A stretch of 64,000 bases of DNA, taken from assembly GCA_054600435.1 (NCBI GenBank), contig BAAIJX010000012.1, positions 372,001 through 436,000 on the forward strand, read 5' to 3'. Each line of letters opens with the position of its first letter. Position 1 is the stretch's first letter. Source of the stretch: Neophaeotheca triangularis. Taxonomy: Eukaryota. The translations under genes were made by a program, and so were the position numbers. This document shows positions 25,648 to 38,150 of this stretch, piece by piece. Under the pieces are notes generated by a model. The model ran no database searches and was not told the DNA's origin. It worked only from the letters and a program-made list of their open reading frames with translations.

Positions 25648-27791
25648 ATGGCTACAGAAGCCAACCTTGACTCGCATCGGCCAGCCGAGCCGGCTCCTCC
25701 CCTGGGCAACATGCTAAACGCCAATAATGGCACACAACAGGGCATCAAACGCAAACGTCAACCCAGGAACTCAGCATGCCAGTCATGTGCGACAACAAAG
25801 ATCAAATGTCTTCCTGGTCCAGTGGCAGGGGGTGCCTGCGAGAGGTAGGTCCATCGCAACCGATACTACCCATCACGAAGCAAATATCCGAGCCCCATTG
25901 CACTGAGCATATCGACGGCAAACATTCCATTGCGCTCCTTTTGACTCGGTGGACTGATGCATACTCCTTCGAACAGATGTCATCGGATGAACAAACAATG
26001 TCTTCCTTCCCTACCCAAAGCGAGGAAACGACGGACCGAGGGTGACGGCAACGTTTTACCTACAATCACCGGCGGCCCTCCCGAATCTCCCAGCTCTTTC
26101 GTTACTGCTGAATCGACTCGACTCTCGCTGCCCAACCCGCATGTTCTTGAGCCACGGCAGGCTGGGTTGGAAAGCTCGTCTCTTCAGAATGCAGACCTTT
26201 GCCACAGTGGGAGTCCTTCCTTCAAACGATTGCTCCTGGATGGTCTCTGTCTGGAAAGTACCTCAAGCGTGAGCTCCTCCTCCCCCGCGCTTGCTTTCGT
26301 GTTACTCTATTGCCAAAGAGTCGTGCTGATATCTTGAACAGGTAGCGCAGCCTCTTCTCGACTGCATCGACCACAGCTTCGTACGGAATCGACTCAGTGT
26401 GTTCAAGAAGTTCACAGCTGCGTTCCCCTTTATCGATCTTCCATCGACAGATCCGGTATCCTTGGTCGCTGAAACCCCCCTGCTCGTCGTCGCGATTACT
26501 ACCGTAACAGCTGTTGACTCGCCTCCACATCGGCAAGGCTTTGCGAAGGCTTTCCGGCAGGCGCTTGCTACGAAGGTGGTCGTAAACGGCGAACGCAACA
26601 TGGATCTTCTTCTCGGACTTTTAGTTTTTCTAGCGTGGAATCACCACTACATGGAGAAGCAGCAAATCTTTCAAGAATTGTGTCTACTCTCGGGCATGGC
26701 AGCAGACCTAGGTATTCACGAGATGCCGGAGCCGACTGTAGAGCAAAGCCTGCCCGAACTTAGGAAAAACAGAGCTTTCTTGGGTTGTTACTACCTATGT
26801 TGTGGCCTTGCCACCATGGCCTTCAACAAGCCGACACCGTTGAGCTGGTCGAGCAGTTTGCAGGAGCGTGCTACTTTGCTGGCCAGTTATAGAAGTCACA
26901 CTTTACCCGACGTATGGCCACTAGTCGAGGCGATGCACGCAATGGAAGATCTTGCGGACGTCTTGCAGTCGGAGCCCAGCAACAAAGCGCCCAAATCGCC
27001 CAGCTACCAAGAATTACAACTCAAAGTCGCCAACCAGCGTTTACGCAACCTCAAACTCGCATTCCCAGGCAAGCACGCCCCATCCAAAACCCCTTCCAAA
27101 CCTCCCCACTAACCCTTTCCCCCCCTCCCTAGCCCTAAGCAACCTCCCAACCTTCGCCGCCGTCTCCATCCACACAACCCAGCTGATCCTCCGCTCAAGC
27201 CCGCACCCGGACCCGGCGACCCTGATCCAACACGCCTGCGCCATAAAAGAATACACCGCCGACCTGCTCTCGCGGCCCGCCATCCAGCTCCACCACCTCG
27301 CAGCCGTCGAATGGACAAACCTCCTCGAGACGCTGCTCCTGACAGCCCGCCTGTCGCGCCCACTGCCCGCGTCGCACGGCTGGGACTCCGGCGCCGTAGC
27401 TTCCACGCTGCAGCCGGAAAGCACTCTCGACAGCGTGAGCGCGCACATGGCCGCTGCGCCCGCGGCCGATCCTCTGGCGCCCCGCGACGAGCCGCTGTTG
27501 GCTTGGTTCCGCGACTTGTGCGAGAGCCTTAAGCAGCGGGTTCGGCTCGAGAGGAGTGGTGGTGAGGGCTTTGCGCCAGTTTGGCGGGCTGGTGTCGGGC
27601 TTTGGAGGGAGGGAGACGGTTATGAGGTTGTCAAAGAGACCGAGGGCGCCGATGCGCGCTTCAGAGCTGTGAATGAGGAGCGGGCGCGGCCACGTGCGGA
27701 CCCGCCCACTGTGCCGGGAGGTCGGGATTTTTTTGAGCTTCTGCGGAATGGGATTTTGGACGAGAGGTTTTGGTTTGCGAGTGGGCTGTGA
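25648..27791 (+). CDS. Zn(II)2Cys6 fungal transcription factor
   Basis: Binuclear cluster ACQSCATTKIKCLPGPVAGGACER|CHRMNKQC split by intron 25845-25976. Further introns at ~26269-26341 and 27069-27132 (GC donor). Middle homology region GERNMDLLLGLLVFLAW...RAFLGCYYL. Confidence 0.88.
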
Positions 27792-28035
27792 TGTGCTGTG
27801 AGGTCAACTGGGGCGGTGGAGTTGCTCCATGGTTTTACGATAGTGGGACGGGCTGTGACGATTTGGATGATACAACGATCGTGACGGCGGGAGCGCCGCG
27901 TGTCGATCGTGTCGAATACACTGATAATAATAAATCAAAACTAAACGCCTTTGTGAGCGGGGATATCATTCTGAGCCGATCGTAGCCTTGTTCCGGTTTC
28001 CCCCAACGCCTCCCTTCTCCCAAGTCCGCGTTCGT

Positions 28036-29422
28036 TCAACGCCGCCTCCCTACCGAGTCACACTGCTCGATGAAGCGATAGATGCCCTCGAGGCCTTGAT
28101 ACTCGAGTGGATCATACTTGCCCAAGCTGCTTTCGCTGTCGGAGTGTACAGACTCGTACGCGGATTCCGGCGACAGCCAGTCCTCTCCCGTAATTTCCTC
28201 ATAAACGTGATCGGAGGTGCTTGAGTAGGCTGGAGACTGAGAAGACGTCATCATGTCTTGCATACTGATGACAGGCCTCTTGGTGCACGGCCACGAGGGC
28301 TCTTCTTCAACAAACAAACTCTCGCACTCGGATTCACGGGCACTGGGTGCGAAAGGAAAGAGCAAGGCGATCTCGGTACCAGCGGAGGAATCAAAGGCTT
28401 CGTCTTGCACTACTGTCCCTCTCTGGACGTTCAGTTCTTGGCAAAGCCTCTCAACCGTGTCAACATCGCAACCTGGGAAGTGGACGCGGAGACTGCTGTC
28501 TTGGTAGGTTATAGGCAAATCGCCTAGGGCCGAGAGTTTGTTGAGATCGTTGAGCACGCCTGCCAAATCTTTGAGCGCCCGGGAAAAATCGACGGAAAGG
28601 ACGTCGAGTAGACCATCGGTGTTGAGGTGGTTGAGCTCGGCGATGTTGGAGTTGCTAAATCCAGTAATGCCAGCGAGAGGAGTGAAGGCGGTCACGGTCG
28701 GGTTGATCGGGAAGTCGACCCACGAGCCGGGAGTGGTGCGTGCGACGGACTTCATCTTGCGACCTGCCTCTTCCTGCACGGCGGACACGGCTTTATACCG
28801 CTTCTCGCCCGTCCGTGTGGACATTCCGTCAAATTGGGCCTTCTGCCCTCCTACGAAGAAAGCCCGCACTGCTTGCGAAACGTTCTGCACCACTTGTGCC
28901 TGGCTTGCCGGGCCGTGCGAGAAGAAACGCTGTCCGCCGATACGACCAGATCCTGTAGCATATCCTCCTGCCGTCCTGCCTAAAGTGCCGCCTGTAAGGT
29001 TCGGCCTCAGAGTTGATGCGAAAGGTGCTCTGCCGGAAGAGCTGGCGATGTGAGCTCCGACCCTCGAAGTAGGGAACGAGGCCCTGTCGTATTTGACTCC
29101 AGCGTGTTTAGACGGCGCGCTGGAGAAATTGCGGACAGTATTGCGAGCCGTCGAGTACCAACGCGATTGGCTCTGTCGGATACGTGCGAGGGGATGAAGT
29201 GGTTGCTTGGGGGTACTTCGAACGAGCACAGGCTCGAGTTGGGCTTGCGCCTTGCCCGTGAGCTTTGCATCCAAAGCTCTCGATGCCTTCTGAAAGGCGA
29301 CCCTGGTGGAAGGTTAGTGGCTGTGTTTGTCCCGTCACAGGATGGTTTAGTAGAAACCTTAGGTCTTTGGCATGCCTAGCAAGTAGGCTATGCCAGTGCA
29401 TCATGCCTGGTATAGGCGGCAT
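28036..29422 (-). CDS. Conserved fungal protein, Spg5-like (tentative)
   Basis: Exon 1 MPPIPGMMHWHSLLARHAKDL, then intron 29303-29357 joins in frame to the 412-aa ORF. Contains RFFSHGPA.QAQVVQNVSQAVRAF and LGDLPI...LRVHFPGCD. The family assignment is from recall and has not been searched. Confidence 0.7.
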
Positions 29423-30024
29423 GACGAATTTGTTTGGGCCAAATGTTGGAGAGTATCGTGTAGGATGAAGGAGGTTGTTGTCGCCAGCATGAGGTAAGGT
29501 GAGGGATGGATGCCGTCGGGTGCCCGAGAGAGATGGTGGTGTGACGTTGTCCGTGTGGCTGTGGTGGCGACTGCAGGTGTCAATGCAGGGTTCAAATCAC
29601 GTGCAACATTAGCGAATCACCGAGAGCCGACCAGCTTCTGCCCTACCCGTGAGCCCCCTGATTTACCAATCAATATCCACTTCCTTACTCAACCTGAAAT
29701 AATACACAGGGGCTGGCTGGTCGAGTGCTGGTGGCGACCATTCACCGTTCTATCTAGCACAAAGGCCCTAAAAGATGATTTGGACATTCTATCTCCCTAA
29801 ATTGGCTAGCGTTCTCAGACTACTACGATAGCTTAAATTCGACACTAGGGGTAGACCTCTATAAGACGATACCTTACCTCTACGAGCTTTTCGTTCGAGT
29901 TGTTCTGCCTCGAGACACCGCGAGCCAGCCTTACCCTAAGTACGCACTATGACTAGCTAATAGCAGTCTATCATGGGCATTTGCTATCTAAGGTCGCAAG
30001 TTCTAGCGAATACTCATCCGTGCT

Positions 30025-30135
30025 CACTCCGACAATCGGCGAGAACATCGTCCGTCCGCTCTGCTAAATTCAAGCACTGAAGCGGGTGATTAGTACTACG
30101 GTGGGTGGCTACGCGGGAACCCCACCTGTTGTATC
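30025..30135 (+). pseudogene. Degenerate dispersed 5S rRNA copy
   Basis: CCGTCCGCTCTGC...CAAGC...GATTAGTACTACGGTGGGTG...GCGGGAAC...CTGTTGTAT followed by T-runs matches the 3' three quarters of fungal 5S rRNA. The 5' end is shortened and mismatched, so helix I cannot form properly. Confidence 0.8.
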
Positions 30136-30974
30136 TTTTGCTGTCTCTTTTTGCGGTCTTTTTGGCCAGCTGTGGAGGGAGTAGAGGCTATTCAGGCCAA
30201 CGGTGAAGCTGTCCGCTGGAGCTTTTTGATAGAGTCCGTGCACGCATCTCCCCAGGGTCAGAGCTTGAGTTGAACAGCATCAAATTACTACACATATGAG
30301 GAGTAGCTGGCTAAGCGTAGCCGTTGATCTAAGCAAGAGACAGGTAACCTTTTAGCAAACGACACCCGGCCCGAAATCTGGTCGTGACGTGAAGGAATAT
30401 AGTCGTTTTGCTGTCTTTGCCACGCTTTCCTTGTACGCCATCTGGAAGTCATTATGGCCAATAGCACGCAGACAGGCCCAGAACGCGGCTGATATGGATA
30501 TCAGGCCTTGGAGATCTTTCCTGTAAAACAGCGCGTTCGCTACGAAGGTATCGCCAATGGGTTCGGGACGCACGCCGCACCGGAGGCCGAAACAGCAAGC
30601 TAGGTGATGCGACTTTGCACGGACAAAAGAGCCGCGTTGTGAAGTCAAGGCTGTCGTCATGTACATGTTGACGAATGCTACCGTGTACGCTTCTGGGGCT
30701 CTTGGGCATCTCGGGCTTTTGGGTAACCCCTACAGGGACGATGGAGAAGGTGCAAAGTGAACTTCTCAAACAAGGAAATGCAAATGGATGCGTTGGAAGA
30801 TTCTCAATCATATTGTCCTCGTGATACCAGCCTGCTAGGTGCTGGACCGATGAAGTTTCGCCCTTGATGTGGGTTGGATGGATGTGAACACAAGCATGTG
30901 ACTAGCGACTGGCTGTAGGCGTTTGGTGTTTTATGGAGGGATCTGGTGCGAGGTAAGCTGATCAGGGGAGGGAA

Positions 30975-30994
30975 GGGGGGGGGGGGGGGGGGGG
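30975..30994. repeat. G20 homopolymer
   Basis: Read directly from the sequence. Confidence 0.9.
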
Positions 30995-31504
30995 AGGAAG
31001 GTGCAACGGAGGCTTTGCTGCCAGTGCTTTGCTAGGTTGCTCGATGCTCAGGGGTCAGGGTTGACGGGCTGAGAAATGGCTAGAGAAGGTGTCGATGAGT
31101 GGCATTCGCATCTAGAGTTGGACATACAGCTTCCAAGTAATCCGCTGCGATCCACTAAGAGAGAGCTTCGAAAGAAGCACTGCCAGGCAAGACACATTAG
31201 ATACAATTATTTCTCACAGTCACAATAAATACAGAGCCCCAACGCTATCCTGAACAAGACAACGGCACCGAGGAAATGCGAAAAGAGAAAGATACAAGCC
31301 CAGCAACCCCATCAGCTCAATCTATGGGTATCGATCGCAGTGGGTATCGTGCGCCGGATTCAAAAGAGAAATGCAAGTCCAGTCCACCATCTCTACTCAA
31401 CCCTTCAACAAACATGTCCATGCCCCACTAAGTCGCAAAGAAAACAACAAAAGAAACCACATCTTCCAAACCCAGCTCTTCCTCAACGGACGTACCAAAC
31501 AAAC

Positions 31505-34500
31505 TTACACCTCCTCACCCAACTCCTCCTCCAAACTCCTAAAAGCAGGAGGTCGCCCATCAACCACATCATCCAAACTCTCGTCGCCATCATCCTCGCC
31601 CTCGGGCTGCCTCAAGATATCCCCTTCAGCAGTCCCTCCCTCGACACCAGCTCCTCCCATCTCCCGCCCACCTCCACTCTCCTGCTCCTCCTCATTCCCC
31701 GTCTCATCCCGAACCTCATCCTCCAAATCCACCTTCCCAATAACAGGACTATCCTCCGCATCCCGATCATAACTCTGCTCCCTAAAAAGCGTCGGCGAAG
31801 GCGGCCCCTCGTCCTCATAATCCGCTTCCTTATCCGTATCCCGCCGCGGCCGGACTTCCGCCGAAGCCTGTCCACGCCCTAGATCCCCCGTTTCATCAAC
31901 GTGATCCCCACTACCGCTCCCCGCACGCTGCTGTTGTAACTTCGGCGCACCCATTCCTCCCCTAGCACTAGGCTGCGGAGACCGGCGCAAATTGCTCGCC
32001 GGCGGCGTCATCAAGCCTGCGAAGAGACTGGGGGATTTGGCAGCAGGCGGGGCCGAAGCCGGGACAGCGGGTTTCGAAAACGCCGGCGCTGCAGCATTGG
32101 TAGGTTTAGCAACAGCGGCAGAAGAAACAGGCCTCGAAGGCGTGCCAGAAGCCAGCGGCCGCGACCGCGGCGCGTTCTTGAGGGCCTGGCTCTCCATGCG
32201 CGCGCGCCAGGAGTTGAAAACATTGCCGGCGACGGAAGACAGTTGCGCGGCTTTGGGCGCGGCGGCCTGGGTGAGGGACGAGAGAGCCTGGCCAGTATTG
32301 GGCGAGGAGGAAGAGGAAGTGTGCTGCTCCTTCTCCTGCAGCTCCATTTGCAAATTCGCACGGATGCGTATGGCTGAGTCGCGCACGGCATCGCGGTCGT
32401 AAGTCGGTTTGTCGAGAGCATTGACCAAATCTGTCAAGTCCTCGTTACGCACCGCCAGGAGTTCGCGCAGCCAGATGGTTTCGTCGGCGCGGTGCTTGAG
32501 GTTCGTGGTGAGTTTGGAATTTTCAGACGTCAGGCGGTCGGTGCGGGAGTCGCGTTCCTGGAGTTGTTCTTGCAGGACTAGGATGGATTCGCGGAGGGCT
32601 TGGGGTGAGACCTTTTCCGGGATGGTGGAGTGGGCTGTTGGTGCTGCGGGAGCGGTGCGCGGTGCTTGCGCTTTCTGAGCAGCGGCTTGGGCGGCGGATT
32701 TGGTGATTTCGAGGCGCTCCTCTAGGTGCTGAACCCTCTCTTGGTAGTGCTGCAGTTTGGCGTCGGACAGCACGAGACGCTCGTTTAGCAAGTACTCCGA
32801 GCGCTCCTTGTCCTCGACAGCGTGGCGAAGAGCGCGATCATGCTGGGCTTTGATCTCTTGAGTCTGGCTCTCGCTCTTCCGCAAGGCCCGTTCATGCTGC
32901 TCCCTCAACTCCTGAACCTCACTCTCGTGCTTCTGCCTAGCATCATCAAAAGCATGGCTGTTGGCACTGTTAACTTTGCGCAGCGCCTCGCGCCTCGCAT
33001 CCGCCTCCTCTTCCAGCAACAATTCATGTCGAGCCTTGGCAGTATCGGCTTCCATCTTGACGCGCTCGACTTCGTTACGGACCTGGTTGAGCTCGGCTTC
33101 CATCTCAGCGCGAACGACGTTGACACGGTGATTGGCAGTCTCGACATCGATCTCCAAAGCCATCCGCGTGCGGTTGACCTCAGCGCGAGCAGCCTCACGA
33201 GCATCATAGGAATCCCGCTCATAGCGAGCAGCCAGAGTCTGCTGTTCTGCAAGCTCCGACTGCAGCCTGCCAACAGTCTCCTCGAGAGAAGCAGAATGTG
33301 TCCGCATCCCTGCAACAGCCATTTTAGAATTCGAAGTCTCGCGAACAGTCTCCCGCAATTCATGGAGCTCAGCTTCCAAATCACTCTTCGCCTGAGCGTC
33401 GGCAGCCTGCTGAGCCTCAAGTGCATTGCAGCGAGCGCGGTACTCATCCTCTCTAGTTTTCCACAGAGACTTCTCGCTAGCAATCTGCCCAGCAGCGGTC
33501 GCAACATCGGCATGCAGTTTCTCCAGCCGACGCCGCATACCCGCGCTCGACTCCTGGCTCTCTTCCACTTGCCGCTCGAGATCGGCGATAGTGCTCTCCA
33601 TCTCCTCTCGGTCCATCTTGTTGTCGTCGATATCGCGCCGCCAGTTGGTACTCGACATCCGGTACTCCTCGAGCGTATTCTGCATAGCCTCGTTCTCAGC
33701 CGCGAGACCAGCAGCACGGCCTTCGGCATGGTCACGGGCCTCTTCAGCACTATACCGCGCCTCCTCAGCTCTCTCGGCGCGGTAAAGCAGATCCCGACGC
33801 TCTTCCTCCAACGCCTGGATGCGCGCACCTTCGTCAGCGTGCGCCTCTCGGAGAAGTTGCATCTCTTCCTCAACGAGCCGTCTCTGCCTATTAGCCTCAA
33901 TCTCACGCTCCTCTAGCTTGCGCCTCTGGTTCGCCTCCTCGAGCACCCCAGCAAGCGTCTCATCCAACCGGCCCTTGAGTTCCGAAACCTGACGCCTATG
34001 ACTATCAGTCTCTTCACCCATAGCAGCGGGAACGACAGCATTGCTCTGTCTAGAAAGTGTTTCCTCCACAACGGCGCGAATGTCGTCGAGATCCAGACTA
34101 GCCGAGGCGGCGCGGGCAAAAGAAACCTTCATGTCAGCAAGCGCAGAGTGGAGATCAGCAATATCGTAGGCGGACTGTGAGCGTCTTGGACTCTGTTCGC
34201 GAAGAGCTTCGAGCACGGCTGCCTTGATCTGGTCGGTTTTCTTGTCGCGTCCTCGCGAGATGGGCCGATGTTCCAGCTGGTCCGACTCGTCCTCATCGTC
34301 GGCATCGCTCTCGACGGCGGAAGAACTACGCTTGAGCAAGTGCTCGGAAGACCTCCTTTGTCGTCCGTTGAAAGTGCTTTGCAGGCTCCGCAACGTGTCC
34401 TCGAAAGGCTGCAAACGCTGATCGACGGCTCTACCGATGACGCCCTCGATGTGACTGTCGAAGAAGTTGCTGCGAGCTTGCAGTTTCTCGTTGTCGCCTT

Positions 34501-37500
34501 CGGAGAGCACATCGGACCAGTCGCTGGCCGGTACGTCCTCGGCTTTGTTCAAGCGGTGAATGTGCGGCCAATCGTCCTCGGCTGTCTTCGTTCCGTTCAT
34601 CTGGCTCTTGAAAACTTTCGTTGGCGACCTGATAGGCGATGGCTGGCCGTGCACAGGCGACGGCCCAACGCTGCGAGCCCACTTCTGCACGTCAGACTCA
34701 ACGGCTGCTGGCAGAGTAGGGCTAAGAAGAGGCGAGTAGGCCGGCTCATCCGCTTCGTTCATCTGGCGCATGACAGCGTCAATTTCATCAAAGGAAGGAT
34801 CCGGGAGAGGGGCAGCCGTTGCGTGAGATGGCTGCGGAGGCTCGGTGGAAATTATAACCTCGTCCGATGAGGGCCCGTTCCGGTCTGTAGAGTCAGCATC
34901 ACTGTCTTCGCGAATCTCGCCTTCCTCTAGCGAGCTAACAGAGTCCTCTCTTTTCCCGGCCTCAATCTTAGACTCTTCCACTGCCCCCAATGTGACTGGC
35001 GGTTCAAACGGCATGGCAAGAGCCGAAAGCGAGGCTTTAGCCTTATGTTCAAGCCTCTTCTCAGGCGAAAGAGCCCCCTTAACTTCCGCAGCCACATCCG
35101 ATACAGCAGCAGCAACGGTAGCAGCCCCTTGCTCGGCAATTCGCTCAACAGCCCTCGCAGCCTCCGCCTCAACATCCTCAACATTAGCCTCGTGGTTAAA
35201 TTCCACAGGCGGCGGCGTGGGCACCTGCGCTGGGGTATTCGCTTTTTCCGCCACGGGGTTCGGCTCCGCGAACATCGGAACCTCATCACCATCAGCAGCC
35301 TCCTTGCGTTGTCGCTTCTGACGCTCAGCACCTTGCGTGATGCGACCGTCGGCGTCCTCGACATCGCTGGAAACATCCGGTACCGCGGGAGAAGAAGCGG
35401 GCTTGACAATCGCTACGGCCTTGCTCTCTTTCGATTGCGGCACAATATCAGAGGGGAGTTCAACGTTGCTGAAGATTGCGGGCTTGGTGTCTCCCTGCGA
35501 CTGCGACGAGACCGACTTCTCGGGTTCGAAAGCAGGTGCGCCTGGCTCGAAGGTAGGGACTTTTGCGGAGAAGCTGAACTCATGTGACTTTTCTGCCGGG
35601 GCGTTTGATGGTTTGAAGACGGGGGCTGCAGCGTTGAATGTGCCCGACGAAACTTGGCGTGTGTGGCTAGAACTGTTGGCCTTGGGAGCACCGAAAGTAA
35701 AGGCTGGGGCACCTGGCTTAAAGGTGGCGGCGGGATTGAAGGTAAAAGATGGCGCCGCGACGTTGAGCCCCGAGGCGCTTTTTTTGTGACCGCGAGGAAC
35801 GTCTTTCACAGCGAAATTGCCATCGGCGGGCTGTATCGACACATTCTCCTTGCCAGGGCTTGTAGTCTTGCCAGGAAGTGACTGCTCAGTTCCGGACCTC
35901 TTGCCACGGTCCCCAGCACTATCCGCCCTCGATTCAGCGCCTCCAACCGCACCCCCACTAAAAAGACGCCTCTCAGCCTCGAGAATCTCCCTCTCCAAGC
36001 CCTCACTAGGGTTATGGCGATGCGACCTCGGCGTGGGAACAGCAATATTCTCGTTAATCTGAGCACGCCTCTGCGGCGGCAGGCACGATTGCTCGTCGGA
36101 CTGCTCTTCCTCTTCGTCCTCGGGCAGCTCTGGGATCAAGGGCACAGCGCCAGCACCAGGAGTCTGCAATTTCGGCGTAAATGAAGTCTGCGGTGGCAGT
36201 TGCATGGATTGTGAGTAGCCATGCTGTCTCTGCCGCTGATCCTGACTATTGTTTCTATTGTAATCGTACTGTGGCTGTGCGAGAATTTGTTGGTTGAGAG
36301 GTGACCCGGGTCCGAGGCTGTCGCCAAAATGCTGTCTAAATGCCGCGTGGGCCGGGGATCCGCCACGTGAGAGACTGTCTTGGGTGAATTGCTGAGAGGG
36401 CGAGGGTGCTTGCAGACCTGGGAAACCTGCTTGCGATTGCTGTGGTCGGTGTCCTTGCATGGTTGGGAAGTAAGATTGCGACTGTTGGGGTTGACCAAGA
36501 GGCGAAGGCGTTTGATGGTACGTGAAAGGGCCGGTGAAGGTGGAATGTCTATGCATATGGCCGAACGGATTACCGGTCCCGTTGAGAGGAGACATGGGCG
36601 AAGCCACCGACATGGCGTGAGAGTGGCCGCGGACCATGCCAGGGCGTCCAGACGGACCAGCAGAGCTAGAAGGGATTGGCGGGGAGAACGGCAATGGAGG
36701 ATGTTGCGCAGAGCCTTGGCGTGAAATGTCGTTTCCCATTGTTGGTGCAGGCTCGTCGTTGCCACTGCTCACACCCAAAGCCGCGAGTTTCTGTTCGGTT
36801 AACCAGTTCGTGTATGCCTTCCACTTATTAAAATCCGGCAAGCTGACTCTTGGCCGCTCGGTGTGTCGTGTTTCTTTAGTCTCACTTTCGTCCGGGAACA
36901 TTGGTCTTATCTGTGCCGCGTTGTATGTCTCACCGGACTCAGACGCAAGGTCAAAGCCGCCCAAATCAAAACCTGCAGCTTCAAACTCGTCCAGGCGTTG
37001 ACGCATTGCCTCTGAGCTTAAAGGTTTCAAGGACCCAGGCGCATCGTAGTCTACTTGTGGGATCGAGACAATGCACGTCTTGCCGCGCCAGCTGACTTTC
37101 TTTCTAAGTCGCGGAATCCCAAAGCGACCAGGCTCGGGGTTAGGAGCTTTTGCATTTGCGCTGCCAAGTTTTGACGGCTCAGTAGCAGTCTCTGCAGCCT
37201 GCCGTTCTTCAACAGGAGGAGGAGGTAGAGGCTTGTCGAAGTTTGCACGCGGCGTAGCATCGACAGCACTCTCCCACCGGTCGGACTCATTCGCCGGCGG
37301 AGTCTGTGACGACTCGAATGCACCGAGTCCAGCTTCTTTCTCGGTCGGTTCTGCAGCCTGGGGCGTAGGCGCCCAGATCGACGCTTCAAGACCCGCAGGC
37401 ATATTGTCTTCCTTGCCTTCACGCAGCGTCTGCCAAAAAGTCTGCTGGTTCAATGTCTGATTGCTCTGCCTCGACTTGTGACCCTTCTTCCCTGCCTCAA

Positions 37501-38150
37501 AACTGTGCGAGCCTGGTCCTTTAACAAACGAAGCGTCCGCGTCTGAAGCGGAAGTTTCCCGGGCGGACTCCTCGCTCGACCAACGCGCTCTTCCCGAGGA
37601 CTGCCTCTGCGGTAGCTGTACCCACTGCCTTGTCCGCGAGCGTGGAGTATGGACGTCCTCTTCTTGCTGCCGCAAAGTATCCGCCGCTAGATTGAACCTA
37701 TCCGCCGGGGAAAGCCTGGCTTGCAACAGCTGCTGGCCGAAGCGAGACGGGACGAGATGCTCGAGTCCGAAAGTCGGGCCCGGTGAGGTCTCGGATAGAT
37801 CGTCACTGTAGACACCACCCTGAGTCTGCTCTGACCTGGCCGTGCGAGCTGACCGCGACCAACTCGGCGAGACTTGGTATGGGGAGCCCCAAGCAGCTGT
37901 GTAGTAGTCTGAGCTATCGTCTCTATTCCTGCTCTTGACACTTGCCGGCGGTCTCCGTGCTCTGATGCGTGGGAGCCTCGAGGTTGTAGAGCCCTCGGCT
38001 TTCGATTGAGAGCGTCGGGGTGGGGGCTGGGTGGGCGAGCCTCGAGACGATGGTGAGGGCGAGGAGGGACGCTTCGAGGAGCTGACTACACTCTCATTGT
38101 CGGCGTGGGGTGGGGAAGATGGTACAGATGTAAAGTCTATGGTGCCTATC
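31505..38150 (-). CDS. Very large (>2100 aa) protein with disordered N-terminal half, several PAM2-like motifs and a long C-terminal coiled coil. The 5' end is uncertain.
   Basis: The 2073-aa ORF frame stays open upstream of 37726 (…DDSSDYYTAAWGSPY…) to a branch point/acceptor near 38145-38175. Heptad-rich E/R/A/L region in the last ~800 aa. Confidence 0.85.

Noticed and set aside
30352..30811. Overlapping 104-119 aa ORFs downstream of the 5S relic
   Set aside because: No recognisable motifs or consistent exon structure.
31505..34300. Myosin heavy chain or SMC protein
   Set aside because: Only generic coiled-coil similarity; no motor domain or Walker motifs.
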